Source of the DNA: Octopus bimaculoides
Lineage: Eukaryota
DNA: 39,368 bases
NCBI RefSeq assembly: GCF_001194135.2
Contig: NC_068986.1
Coordinates: 84,876,342 to 84,915,709, forward strand
Direction of reading: 5' to 3'
In this document: positions 12,540 through 23,527 of the stretch, piece by piece
How positions within the stretch are numbered: the stretch's first letter is position 1
Layout of the letters: every line of letters begins with the position of its first letter
Translations under genes and position numbers: made by a program
Notes under the pieces: generated by a model
The model's input: only the letters and a program-made list of their open reading frames with translations
What the model was told of the DNA's origin: nothing
Databases searched by the model: none

Positions 12540-12772
12540 TAGTGTCTAAGAACAACTGTATCTGATCAACGAATCTTTGGTGACAATACTAAATAACGCT
12601 CTTAGACACTATCGTTGAACAGCAGGTATCCCCAAAATATAAGAACTACAAAAAACTGATCTCATGCGTACTGCTTACATCGTAAGAAAACATCAATTCG
12701 AAAACAGCTGATTCTCTAAAAAGTCACTCAAATAATAACAGCAACAAGAACAAGGACAAGAACAACAACAAC
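12540..12772 (+). mobile_element. 3' end of an R4-type LINE with degenerate (AAC)n tail
   Basis: GIPKI*ELQKTDLMRTAYIVRK corresponds to the terminal LQK..LLGTA.ILRK motif seen in copy A. Confidence 0.65.
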
Positions 12773-14250
12773 TGATCGGCGAAAGCTACAAGCTGAATTA
12801 GAAAGAATAGATTTTGTCCTGGACTATTGCCGACCGGAAATATATAATTCAAACTAACAAAATTATTTGGGGTGCAGTTATGGTTGCTGAAGATAGAGTT
12901 GGATACAAAAGAAGAGAACAAACAGAACGTAAACAACTATACTGGCATAGATGAATTTGTGAGAAACAAATAAAGTTAATAAGACATTTAGGAAAGGTTG
13001 ATAGATTGAAAGGAGGGGAACTGCAGAAGGAAAGCATAAGAACATATAGAATTAGAGATAAAGGCTATGGTGTGATATTGAAAGAATTGAAACAAGGTGT
13101 TGTAGCAATCAAGGCAAAACTGGAATGGTTTGGCTGCATAACAAAACAATTCAGGAAGAACAGATTGGCGCCAATCAGAAAATAAACTGTTTCAGGAACT
13201 GGATGAGCAATTACAAGTAAAAATGATACGAGATACAGATGAAAGCAGGGCACGCTGTGGAAGAATCTGAAACAAACCTGTAAAGCATAATGATGGAGCG
13301 GAGTGGCTCAATGAAATCGAAGATAGGTTAAGAAATATAGAAGGCCAAATCAACATAAAAATAACTACAGAAATGACAAAAAGCAGTTATAGAAAATCAA
13401 CAATTGGAAGAGACTAGCACCAGATGGAGTCCAAGGTTATTGGATAAAGAAGCTGCCAGAGTTCCATGAAAGGCTAGCGCAAGACTAGATGAGCGCTTGT
13501 AGGAAGACACAGTACCCAGCTGGATGACAAATGGAATGTCATTGTTATATGCTAAGGATCCTAAAAATGGTAATATCCAACTTTCAACCAGTAACATGTC
13601 TTCCGCTAACGTAGAAGCTATTGTGAGTTGCTTGGACCAATGAAATGTACAGATACTTAGAAAAAAAGTGGGAGCCGGGGAACGAAAGATCAGCTGTTAT
13701 TTGATAATCTAATTACCAGAATCTGCGAGAGACGACACACAAACCTGTGTATGGCATGATTATCGTAAAACATACAACAGGACAACACATTCTTGGATAA
13801 CAATACCATGGAACACATCTGATATGGAATAGTATGAAATGAATTGACAGCGGGGAATCAGTTATTAGGAGAGGTGAAAATCAACAGAGAAATCTTCCAG
13901 AGGGGCAGTATATCCTCACTGATCTTTGTGCTAGGAATGATGCCCTTGAGTGAAATACTGCAGAAGACAAAGTTGGGCTCTGATCTGGGAAGCGGTAAGT
14001 GAAAACTGAATCACTTGCTATTCATACACGACTTGTAGTTGTTCATAAAAGTGAGGCAGAATTGGACAGCATAGTCCAGTCTCTGCAGATGTTCTAGAAT
14101 GTTATCAAGATGAAGTTTGGACTCTCAAAATTTGCTACGATAGTAATGAGACGAGGAAAGCTTATCAGGACAGAAAGCATAGGTATATCAAGTGGTGAAA
14201 TTATAAAGGCAATTGAACCTGAATCTGGTTAAAATATCTGGGAATACTTA
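12773..14250 (+). mobile_element. R4/Dong-type LINE copy B, 5' segment (N-terminal region and RT), interrupted by an RTE insertion
   Basis: [58 protein letters not shown] and KYLGIL. DNA aligns to copy A 1315-1640. Confidence 0.85.
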
Positions 14251-16502
14251 GCCAAAGCACATAGGTACAAACATTTCTGTGTAGGAAACACTGATAAGAA
14301 ATGGGTTGATAAGGTAATCGAGGTATGCAGAGTCTGCGAAAGAATACTTAAGCTTAAACAAGTGCTGCAATATGGGTTAGCAACCATTATCTCAGCCTAT
14401 GCCCCTCAGCCACGGCTATCCGATGCACAAAGAGACCGATTTTATGATACCCCCTTGCAGACTACCTCATCGACAAATGACAGAGACCTTCTCTTTTTGG
14501 CTGACAACTTCAATAGACATGTTGGACAACATCCAGGGAGCTTCCGTGATGTTCATAATGGCAACGGATTTGGTTACCACAATGAGGAGGGAACCGGGCC
14601 ACTGGAGGTCTGTGATGCAAATGACCTTATGATCTGCAATACTAACTTCAGAAAACTTGCCAGTAACCTGTTCACCTACCAGTGGTTATACTAATCACAT
14701 TGACTACATTCTCACCAGGGAACGAGATGAAAACTGCACCTCACAACATAGGTTAGCATTTAGCGACTTCAGGATCAGGGCTAAATGGCTGCCGAGAAGA
14801 AGACCAGTGTGGAAAAGAAGAGTCTAGAAGCTTAAGGATTCTCTGAATGGACAGAGATCTAGAGAGGTATTACTTGAATCTTTTGACGAAAAAGACATAA
14901 CATCATATATTGTGGAAGAAAACTAGGGGTTCCTACGAGACAACCTGTTGAGGGCTACTGACCAGATCTGTGGCTGGTGCAAAGTCCCCTCTCGACCTAA
15001 GGTAACGTGGTGGTGGAACAATGTAGCTGACAGAGCCCCTAGGGAAAAGAAACAGGCATGGAAGGACGGGAAGTGTGGTGGTAGCAGGGAACTGTATCAT
15101 ATCGTCAAAAGGGAAGTTAGGAGGAAGTAGATAAGAAACCAGAGAGGAAGCAGATAAGAAGAAATTTGCCACTATTCTGCGTCGTGAGAACTAGAGGCTT
15201 GAAATCTTTCGCATTGCAAGACAAATTTTGTGAGAAAATCGTGATGGCATAGAAGAGAAATGTGTCCGTATTGATGATGGCGCACTTGCATTTAATGATG
15301 CTGCAAAGAGAGAGACTTGGAGGCGTCACTATGAAAGGATTTTAAATGAAGAGAATGAATGGGAGAAAGAGAGTTTGCCAAATGTCGACCCAACAGAGGA
15401 ACCAGTTTTCGAATTGACAGCGCCTTGGTAGATAAAGTAATTAAAGGTATGAAGACAAGTAAAGCTCCCGATGATTACAGAAAACAAATTCCATCACATG
15501 TCAGGGGGAAAATACTGGAAGTAGTTGATAGTTTCCGTTCCCTTGGTGACCAAGCCTGTAGCATGGGTGGATGTTCTGAGAGCGTAACTGCTAGAATAAG
15601 AATAACCTGGGAAAAGTACAGAGAGCTCCTACTTCTGCTGGTAACAAAGGACCTCTCGCTCAGAGTAAAAGGTAGATTGTATGATGCCTGTATGCAAAAA
15701 AGCCTGCTACACGGAAGTGAAACATGGGCTGTGACTGCTGAGGACATGCGTAGGCTTGAAAGAAATGAAGTAATACGATCCGCTGGATGCGTAATGTCTG
15801 CATATACGACAGAGTGTAAGCGCCCTGAGAGAAAATCTGAACATAAGAGGCATCAGATGTGGTGTGCAAGAGAGACGACTGCGCTGGTATGGTCATGTCA
15901 TGCGTATGGATGAGGGCAGCTGTGAGAAGAAGTGTCGGACGCTAACAGTGGAGGGAACCTGTGGAAGAGGTAGACTCAGGAAGACATGGGATAAAGTGGT
16001 GAAGCACGACCTTTGAACGTGGGCCTCGCAGGTGCAATGACAAGTGACCAAGACCTTTGGAGAGATGCCGTGCTTGAGAAGACCCGGCAAACCAAGTGCG
16101 ATCGTAGTCCTGTCCAATGCCGGTCTCGCATAACTAGCCCGTTTAAAAGCATCCTTCAGTCATTGGGCAATATGCCGTGCTTGTGAAGACTTGAGTGAAA
16201 TCGTTGTCGTGGACGATGCAAGTGCTGTCTGACTGATAACCGTGCGGGTGACACGTAAAAAGCACCATTAGAGCGTGGCCAATGTCAGTGCCGCTTGACT
16301 CGCACCTGTGCTGGTGGCACGTAAAAGCACCCAAAAACACTCTCGGAGTGGTTGGCGTTAGGAAGGGCATCCAGCGGTAAAAACCTTGCCAAATCAGATT
16401 GGAGCCTGGAGCAACCTCCCGGATTGCCAGTTCTTAGTCAAACCGTCCAACCCATGACAGCATGTAAAGCGGACGGTAAATGACGATGATAATGATGATG
16501 AC
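14251..16502 (+). mobile_element. RTE-clade LINE, 5'-truncated in the APE endonuclease, RT core deleted, with 3' UTR and (GAT)n tail
   Basis: APE motifs (TIISAYAPQ, DNFNRHVG, NEEG, ICNTNFRK, IDYILT) and KAP at ~15461 joined directly to post-RT LEVVDSF.SLGD..LSLRVKGRLYDAC..LHGSETWA. The 3' UTR contains ggttggcgttaggaagggcatccagc and ends in gacgatgataatgatgatgacgat. Confidence 0.9.
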
Positions 16503-17400
16503 GATATGAAAAAGAAACCCAAACAAAGTAAGGGTCCCTGCTGCGAATGAGAAAAATATTGGTTTCAAACCTGAATGCTAGAGACATAATTTTGGCAATA
16601 TGCACGCGTGATTCGCAATAGTTCGGTATGGCACTGGAATTCTGAAATGGACAAAGGAGGAGCTAAAGAAGTTGGACAGGAAGGCAAGAGGGCTTCTAAC
16701 GATGCACGGAGTCGATCAACAACGTGCAGACACTGATCATCTTTATATGAAGAGAGCAAATGGAGGAAGTGGAACTGATAAGTATGGAAGACTGCCTACT
16801 TATCGAACTTGGGTGCTTACTGAGGTAACTATCCCAAAGTCAGGAAACCTTGCTAGTGTCAGTTGGGAATGAGGCAGCATTGAAAGCAGGGAAAAAGAGC
16901 AAAACAAAGCAAGAAGTACAAAAGGGACAGGAACAAGCATTACACAACAAGGAACTACACAATCAATTCCAAGTAGCCACAAGAGAAGTTGCTGGAAAAC
17001 GCAGTTGGGATTGGCTGGAGAAAGAAATACTGAAGAAAGAGACTGACAGCACTATACTGACAGCGCAAGACCAAGCTATGGCCACAAATCGGAGGGTCAA
17101 CCTTAAGAATAAGCAAGTGCCTCCACTGTGCCACATCTGTAACAGAGTGTATTGCTCATATCGCGAATGAAATGTTCTAAACTTGCCTCAAACCATTACA
17201 AGTTGTGGAGACAGGATGAGGTAGCAAAAGTGCTACATTGGAGACTCTACGAAAAGTGGGGTCGAGAGGGAGAGGTAAGACATGGTATGAGCACGATCTA
17301 CAGAGAGTGTGCGGAGTCGGATACCTGAAAACCACGTGGGATCTCCCAATCGAAACGCATGCAAGACTCTAGGAGTTCCAACAAAACCTGAATTTAAAAA
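16503..17400 (+). mobile_element. R4/Dong-type LINE copy B, 3' segment
   Basis: Continues the alignment to copy A from ~1665: KWTKEELKKLDRKARGLLTMHG, KKETDSTILTAQDQAM, PLCHIC and QDEVAKVLHW. The endonuclease region is deleted; the 3' end catgcaagactctaggag matches copy A 2862-2890. Confidence 0.85.
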
Positions 17401-17401
17401 A

Positions 17402-17432
<31 letters not shown>

Positions 17433-17527
17433 TGGAAGAAGAAGAAGAAGAAGAAGAAGAAGAAGAAGAAGAAGAAGAAGAAGAAGAAGAAGAAGAAGAA
17501 GAAGAAGAAGAAGAAGAAGAAGAAGAA
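17401..17527. repeat. (TAG)n followed by (GAA)n, tail of copy B plus microsatellite
   Basis: Directly visible. Confidence 0.95.
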
Positions 17528-17585
17528 ATGCCCTGGCCCTCATGGTTTCTGATCTTAACTGATTGGAATTGTTATCGTGTACGTG

Positions 17586-18610
17586 AAAGTATTTAAGAAA
17601 GTATTTTGATTAAGAAGTGGTACCCAAAAGATGTTTTATATGTTCTTGAGGCTCATTTATTGGTAAATGGACTTTACGTTTAGAGCAACGCATACTTAAT
17701 GATTTCTTGTCCCACTCCCTAGCATCACACTCTCCACATGCTCCGCACATAGAGCCGAAGGAGACAATTTTTTTTCAGTTGCATAGTTAGCATTAGGATC
17801 ATAATTAAATGCTACACCTTGCCATTGAAATTGTCTATACTTTTTCTGCTGACTTTTTCTGGAAAGCTCTTTCTCCATTTTAGTCGTATTTTTCGGTCGC
17901 TTTCATTCTCTTGTTTTCTATTTATTCTACCCTTTTCTCACCATTTTTGCAATCGTATTTCTTTGTCTTTTTTTATTTTCTTGTACTTTTTGTATTTCTA
18001 TAATTTTCCTTCTTTCTCTGCAATCTTATTTTTCTATCTTTATCCCCTTCCTGCTCTCTTGTCCTCCTCTCATATTCCTTCATTTTTGCAACCTAATTTT
18101 CTGATGTTTTTTTACTTTCTTCTACAATTTTCATAGTAAATGTTTGAATTCTCATTCCTTTGTCTTTTTTTTTTACTGATTTGTGATATTTCATTTCCTT
18201 CAGTATTTCTTTCATGATCATGATTGTTCCTGGAAACGAAAGCATCGTATTGGCCATTGTCAATTTCGCCACTGAAATCTTCCTTTCTGTAAATGTCCGA
18301 CCGCAAACGGTGAACGGAAGAATAATTTCGTCGTCATTTTTGTGATGAACCTGAATTGCAACATTGTACAATTCACAAATAGCAGCCAGTTCAATGTTAC
18401 CGTATGTTCCATCCTTAATCATGTATATTTAGTATTCCTGCATTGTACTATTAAGAATAAAAGAATGACAATACTTGCAATTATTGCATATGTATCGTAC
18501 GGACTCTTCCCGGAGAGTTCGGTAATTTCTGTTGTCTTTGAACAAGGGTGCCACAGCTCTGAATATACAGTTACCGTCACCTATTACTTTATTAAAGGAG
18601 TGAATTAATA
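17586..18610 (-). mobile_element. Helitron fragment: OTU-like cysteine protease domain, charged linker and Helitron N-terminal Cys-rich region (pseudogenised)
   Basis: Minus strand reads KVIGDGNCIFRAVA..MIKDGTYGNIELAAICELYNVAIQVH..GQYDA, then a K/E/R-rich stretch, then VAFNYDPNANYA/IVSFGSMCGACGECDAREW..CSKRKVHLP..PQEHIKHLLGTTS*SKYFLK. Confidence 0.75.
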
Positions 18611-19069
18611 AATTAATGAAATTGTTGAATATTTTTCAATAAGTTCAGTAAGGGACTTCACCTTCAGTTTAAACTTTAGATGGTTTTGTGAACAGAACGT
18701 GACGGAAAATTACAACACCAAATGGGAGAAGATACCAGGTGATAGCAATTTTCCCTTTAGAAATCTGTCTTCCTATCTTTGCGATAGATGAATGAGTGAT
18801 TATAATTTTGTTAATAATAAACACGAAATTAATAAGGTACTTCACCTTTATTGTTGACTTGAAATGTCGTGTTTGGGAAAAGAAAAGTGAATTGACACTA
18901 AGTCTTTAGTACATGATAACTTTATCGTCTGTTCATAAACGGCAAAAAAACCCCAAAAAAACAAAACAGGAATACTTCAGTTATTTCCGGATAATTTTGG
19001 TCTAAACGTTGTCAAATACTTGTCTATAGATTTGTGAGTGTGTGTATATGTGTGTGGGGGTTACTGAAA

Positions 19070-19114
<45 letters not shown>

Positions 19115-19545
19115 GGAGAGAGAGAGAGAGAGAGGCAGACAAACAGAGAAACAGAGAGTGAGAGACTGAGAGANNNNNNNNNNNNNNNNNNNNNNNNNNN
19201 NNNNNNNNNNNNNNNNNNNNNNNNNNNNNNNNNNNNNNNNNNNNNNNNNNNNNNNNNNNNNNNNNNNNNNNNNNNNNNNNNNNNNNNNNNNNNNNNNNNN
19301 NNNNNNNNNNNNNNNNNNNNNNNNNNNNNNNNNNNNNNNNNNNNNNNNNNNNNNNNNNNNNNNNNNNNNNNNNNNNNNNNNNNNNNNNNNNNNNNNNNNN
19401 NNNNNNNNNNNNNNNNNNNNNNNNNNNNNNNNNNNNNNNNNNNNNNNNNNNNNNNNNNNNNNNNNNNNNNNNNNNNNNNNNNNNNNNNNNNNNNNNNNNN
19501 NNNNNNNNNNNNNNNNNATATATATATATATATATATATACATAT
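19070..19545. repeat. (GA)n and (TA)n microsatellites around a gap (N 19174-19517)
   Basis: Directly visible. Confidence 0.9.
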
Positions 19546-19792
19546 GCTCACTTATATAACAGCATAAACGTACCCGAAATAAAAGGGTTATAAAAGTTCA
19601 TAGATAGAGTAGTGCCGAAGAGAAATTTGGGGCAATATTATATTAACTTCTAATTTATTTTGTTATTTACTTTTAATGCATATCAGGTGTCAATTCTGCT
19701 TCCACCTCGTTGACTTCCTTTAACGTCATATAGATTGTGATTTTATATGACGTAGAGCTATTAGTAGGCATATCATTTAGCTTGTATCATTT

Positions 19793-19975
19793 GCATGCTT
19801 CAGTCAGTTGAGAGTGGCGATACCAGGACACCGCCTTGAAAGGATTTAGTCATACAAATCAAGCTCACGACTTATTTGTAAGGCTTGGTGTTTATTCTAT
19901 GGTTTCTATTGTTGAACCGCTAAGTTACCAGGAATTAAACACACATAAACAAAGCAGTCGTGAGGAACAAACACC
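19793..19975 (-). mobile_element. SINE fragment, family also present at 31372
   Basis: Reverse complement aligns with 31372-31575 (aacttagcggttc, aataaacaccaagccttacaaa, ggcggtgtcc). Confidence 0.65.
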
Positions 19976-20039
19976 CCCTCGCACACGCACTCCTANNNNN
20001 NNNNNCACGCACACACGTATTAAGCATACATTGAATATA

Positions 20040-20720
20040 TATTTAACGGAATAATGAATTATTTAGCCTCATGAGAGTAATTTCGGCAGAAAACCTCAAA
20101 AACCCTATTGGTCATGGAATCTGTCAATTTCTTAATATTAGGAGGTTGGACTATCTCTGCTGCAGCCTTGATTGTCAATCTATCAGCATAAAAATTTTGT
20201 TTAACGATGGACTAAAGATTTTCGATAGGGTTACGATTCAGTAATGCTGGCGGCTACACCATCAGCCTTCCACCTTGCATGCCGTATGACCCAAGTAATG
20301 AGTGGGAGGGAGCGTTGTCATGCATGGATACGAGATTCCTTAGAAGTGACAGCGGTATGTCAACTATGCAAGGATCCAAGACTTCCTTTAAACGATTGCA
20401 GTAGGCAGCTGTGGTCACTTTAATACTTTCAAGCACTGCAACTGGGCCAATAAGTCTGTCTCCAATGATACCAGCCCACAACATGACATTCCACTCTGTT
20501 TTTGAGATCACAAGAGTTGGTGACACTCATCTCCAAAATAAACTCAACCATTTGTCCAACCGTCAGGTACATGAAGGGTCGCCCTGATTTCGCCAGTGAA
20601 CAGAACCCGGCTCATGCTTAAAGTAAAAGAATAAAAGTCTATCATAGTTGTAGGCATGATATCAAAATATCAAGTTGTAGGCATGATGACACATTCGGCA
20701 AATATGTTTTTCGTTGAAAT
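20040..20720 (-). mobile_element. Tc1-family transposase pseudogene, TRT/DD37E-like
   Basis: VLFTGEIRATLHVPDGW..VMLWAGIIGDRLIGP..YCNRLKEVL..MHDNAPSHS..RLMV*PP...NPIENL*. The first catalytic D is mutated, and there are stops and frameshifts. Confidence 0.8.
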
Positions 20721-21081
20721 ACATTAGGATATATATCTCCTTTCATACTTCTATTATCGTGCCGTAACTCACGTCATTTCTACTTTTAAGAGTAATCTAT
20801 ATCTTTTTATCTTTACAGTCTTAAACAATCTTAAGTATAGAACGAAAGTGGAGATAAAAAAAAAAACTAACTATAACGTAATAACCCAACTGCTAATTTG
20901 AACTAATTCATAAAGCTTAACTAATTTCGTAAAGCTTAAACAAATCAGGTTTGTAAAGCTTGTAAATCTTGAACAAATATATATACTACATCCTTATTTT
21001 CATCTCGGAGATTAATGCGTGTGCCTAGACTTTCTCCTTCATTATCCAATGATCATTGTTGTGAAGGAATATTTATTTTCT

Positions 21082-21300
21082 CAGTTATCGATATCATAAA
21101 CTATGACTTACAGTTTCTCATTCTCATAATTGAGGTCGTAATGTACAACTCTTTCACACTTCTCTGATCGATATCATAAAGTACTTTACTTTTGATACTT
21201 CTGTGTCGGCGGTGATAAAGTTCGACATGTCTGTGATCAATGTCATAAACTACGACTTCTCTCTTCTTACATCTGTAATCGACGTCAGGAAGTATGGCTT
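21082..21300. repeat. Degenerate tandem repeat with recurring (g/t)atcgatatcataaa
   Basis: Motif at ~21087, ~21166 and ~21235, with weaker half-units between. Confidence 0.45.
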
Positions 21301-21659
21301 CCACTTTAATACTTGTGTTTTAGTTCATGAAGCACTACGCTTTCCATTATAAAGTACAAGATAGTATTTTTACGGTATGATTAGTGGAGAAGAGTGCTGT
21401 CAGCGATTTCCAGACTTGCTGCAGAAAACAAAGATTAAGCTATGACTGAAACTCACCTGCAGACAGAATACTGTCAAAACAGTGACTCCGTTGGAGGTAC
21501 CTAATTCTCAATTTGGGATATTAAAATGAGAAGTAATTACATCGACCGACCAAGAATAAATACGTTTTCCATGACTTTCATACACAAAGCTTGGATCAGT
21601 GGTTATAATTGAAAAAAAACACCATCAAGATGCAGTGCTATGTGACTGAATAAAACAAT

Positions 21660-21870
21660 GGATTGGCAGAATCGTTAGCGCATGGAACATATTGGCTGAG
21701 CTATGTAGTAATGACTACGTTGTTAGTTAAAATCTTACTAAGATCAGTTCTACTTTTTATCAATTCGGGTCGTTAAATTATAGCGACAGTCAAGTGTTGG
21801 TGTTAGTCTAATCAACTTGACCCATCCCTTCAAAATTGCTGGTTATGTACGTACATTCGAAACGAGTTTA
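21660..21870 (+). mobile_element. Diverged SINE of the 34417 family
   Basis: tggcagaatcgttagc head and aaaattgctggt..ttcgaaac end. Confidence 0.6.
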
Positions 21871-21945
21871 TATCAGTAAATATCACATAAAATCATTTGC
21901 CGATTTTTCATGAGGACTATTTTCTATATATTTTTTAAATGTATT

Positions 21946-22545
21946 TACGATGTGGTATCAAAATGGTCCCGGAGTTGTTATGCTCAATAAAAAAATTACT
22001 TATTTACCTAACGTTTAACGTCATCACCTTCGAAATAGTGACCTTTCGCACCACTACACCGGTCCCAGCGCCCAGTTGCTTTTGGAATCCGGCCTGGGAG
22101 TCGTTTTCGTTTAGCGAATCAGAGACCTTCTGTGATTCGCTCTGAGTCTCCACATCAGTGTTAAAACGGCAAACTATTGAGTTGTGTTTTCACATTGGGA
22201 AGGCGATGGAAACCTGCAGGTGCTAAAACTGGCAAAAAGGGTGGGTGCAGAAGCAATACCAGGTTGTTTCTTGAGAGAAACTCACGAGTGAAGAGAGCTC
22301 GGTGATAAGATGCATTATTATCGTGGATAATCCAATTCTCCACGCTCCACAGATCCGTGTTCTTTCGCCATATGCCCTACCTCAAACGCTTCAAAGCGTC
22401 ACAGTAGAATTCTCGATTGACGGTCTGACCCTGGGGGACGACTTCTCGATGCACAATACCACGGATGTCAAAAGAAAATGTTCTTCATTGATCCACGGCT
22501 CTATTGTGCCTTTTGAAACAGCCATGACAAAAGCAGGTAACTTAC
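21946..22545 (-). mobile_element. Mariner (DD34D) transposon, 3' part with one TIR
   Basis: FFDIRGIVHRE..QGQTVNREFYCDVL, WIIHDNNASYHRALFTREFL..HPPFLPVLAPAGF. A TIR-like tacgatgtggtatcaaaatggtcccgg lies at 21946. Confidence 0.85.
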
Positions 22546-22561
22546 CTCTAACTATTCTCTT

Positions 22562-22596
<35 letters not shown>

Positions 22597-22621
22597 GCCT
22601 GTCTGTCTGTCTGCCCGTCTC

Positions 22622-22668
<47 letters not shown>
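22562..22668. repeat. (TGTC)n/(CT)n microsatellite
   Basis: Directly visible. Confidence 0.95.
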
Positions 22669-22669
<1 letters not shown>

Positions 22670-22679
22670 ATGAAGAATA

Positions 22680-23140
22680 TAAGTGTTGCTTACTTGTCTT
22701 GTATCATTGAGGTATTGATACCTTTGAGTCATAATCTCGATGAACTTAGTCCATGATTGACTATGCGAATAATTATAATTATAGAAATAATTTAAGTCAA
22801 TAAAAGCTATCTTCAAAGCAAGGCTGGATAAGACCATACGTGATGTCCTACTTGCACTCTCAAACTCAAATGTGACATGGGCTACTACGAAGATAGAAGA
22901 ACACTGATTCGCAAAGGACCATGGTAAGATTCATCCGCGGAATATCGTTGCGAGAGTATATCCGAAATGAGGTAATTCCAGAACGAAGTGGAATGAACGA
23001 CATGGCAGCAGAATACCAAAAGCACAAGTTTTACTGGACCAGACAAGTCGCCCTGTCCACAGACACCAGGTGAATCCCTACTATTGCGGAGTTGTATCCA
23101 ATAGATCACAAGATGTCACTCAAACAGTGTGCGTTTGTAA
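22680..23140 (+). mobile_element. RTE-clade LINE C-terminal fragment (third family)
   Basis: TWATTKIEE, MVRFIRGISLREYIRNEVIPERSGMND..KFYWTRQVA..ELYP, typical of the RTE post-RT region. Confidence 0.65.
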
Positions 23141-23287
23141 TACGAAGAACATCTCGTCACATAATGATTCTATTCTCAAGATATCCTAGAAACTCGGGAA
23201 ATTTTCAGTCATATAGATCTGAGTCAAATTTTATTAATTAATATATGTCTGTGTATATGTGTTTGTGTATAGTTTTTGGTAGAAAAA

Positions 23288-23489
23288 GCAAAATAAACAA
23301 AATTCTAACATGTTTTATGTATATATATTTTATTAATATTACTCTAAACCAGCAGAAACATATAAAAAATTCTTCAAGAACTGCACGTTACATGCATTTA
23401 TATATATATACATACATACATACATACATACATGCATGCATACATACATGCATACATACATACATACACACGCACGCACATATACACAC

Positions 23490-23527
<38 letters not shown>

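Noticed and set aside
11074-12565. Long ORFs of 379-487 aa, and similar ones at 19.0, 23.7, 29.4, 30.5, 33.2 and 37.7 kb
   Set aside because: They are open only because they span N-gaps and simple repeats.
17819-18136. Hydrophobic 105-aa plus-strand ORF resembling a membrane protein
   Set aside because: It is the antisense of the purine-rich K/E/R Helitron linker.
18342-18608. 88-aa plus-strand ORF
   Set aside because: It is the antisense of the OTU-like domain, which carries the recognisable motifs.
21456-21500. Possible minus-strand micro-exon ending CAG|GTGAGT
   Set aside because: Weak acceptor, no partner exons and no recognisable peptide.
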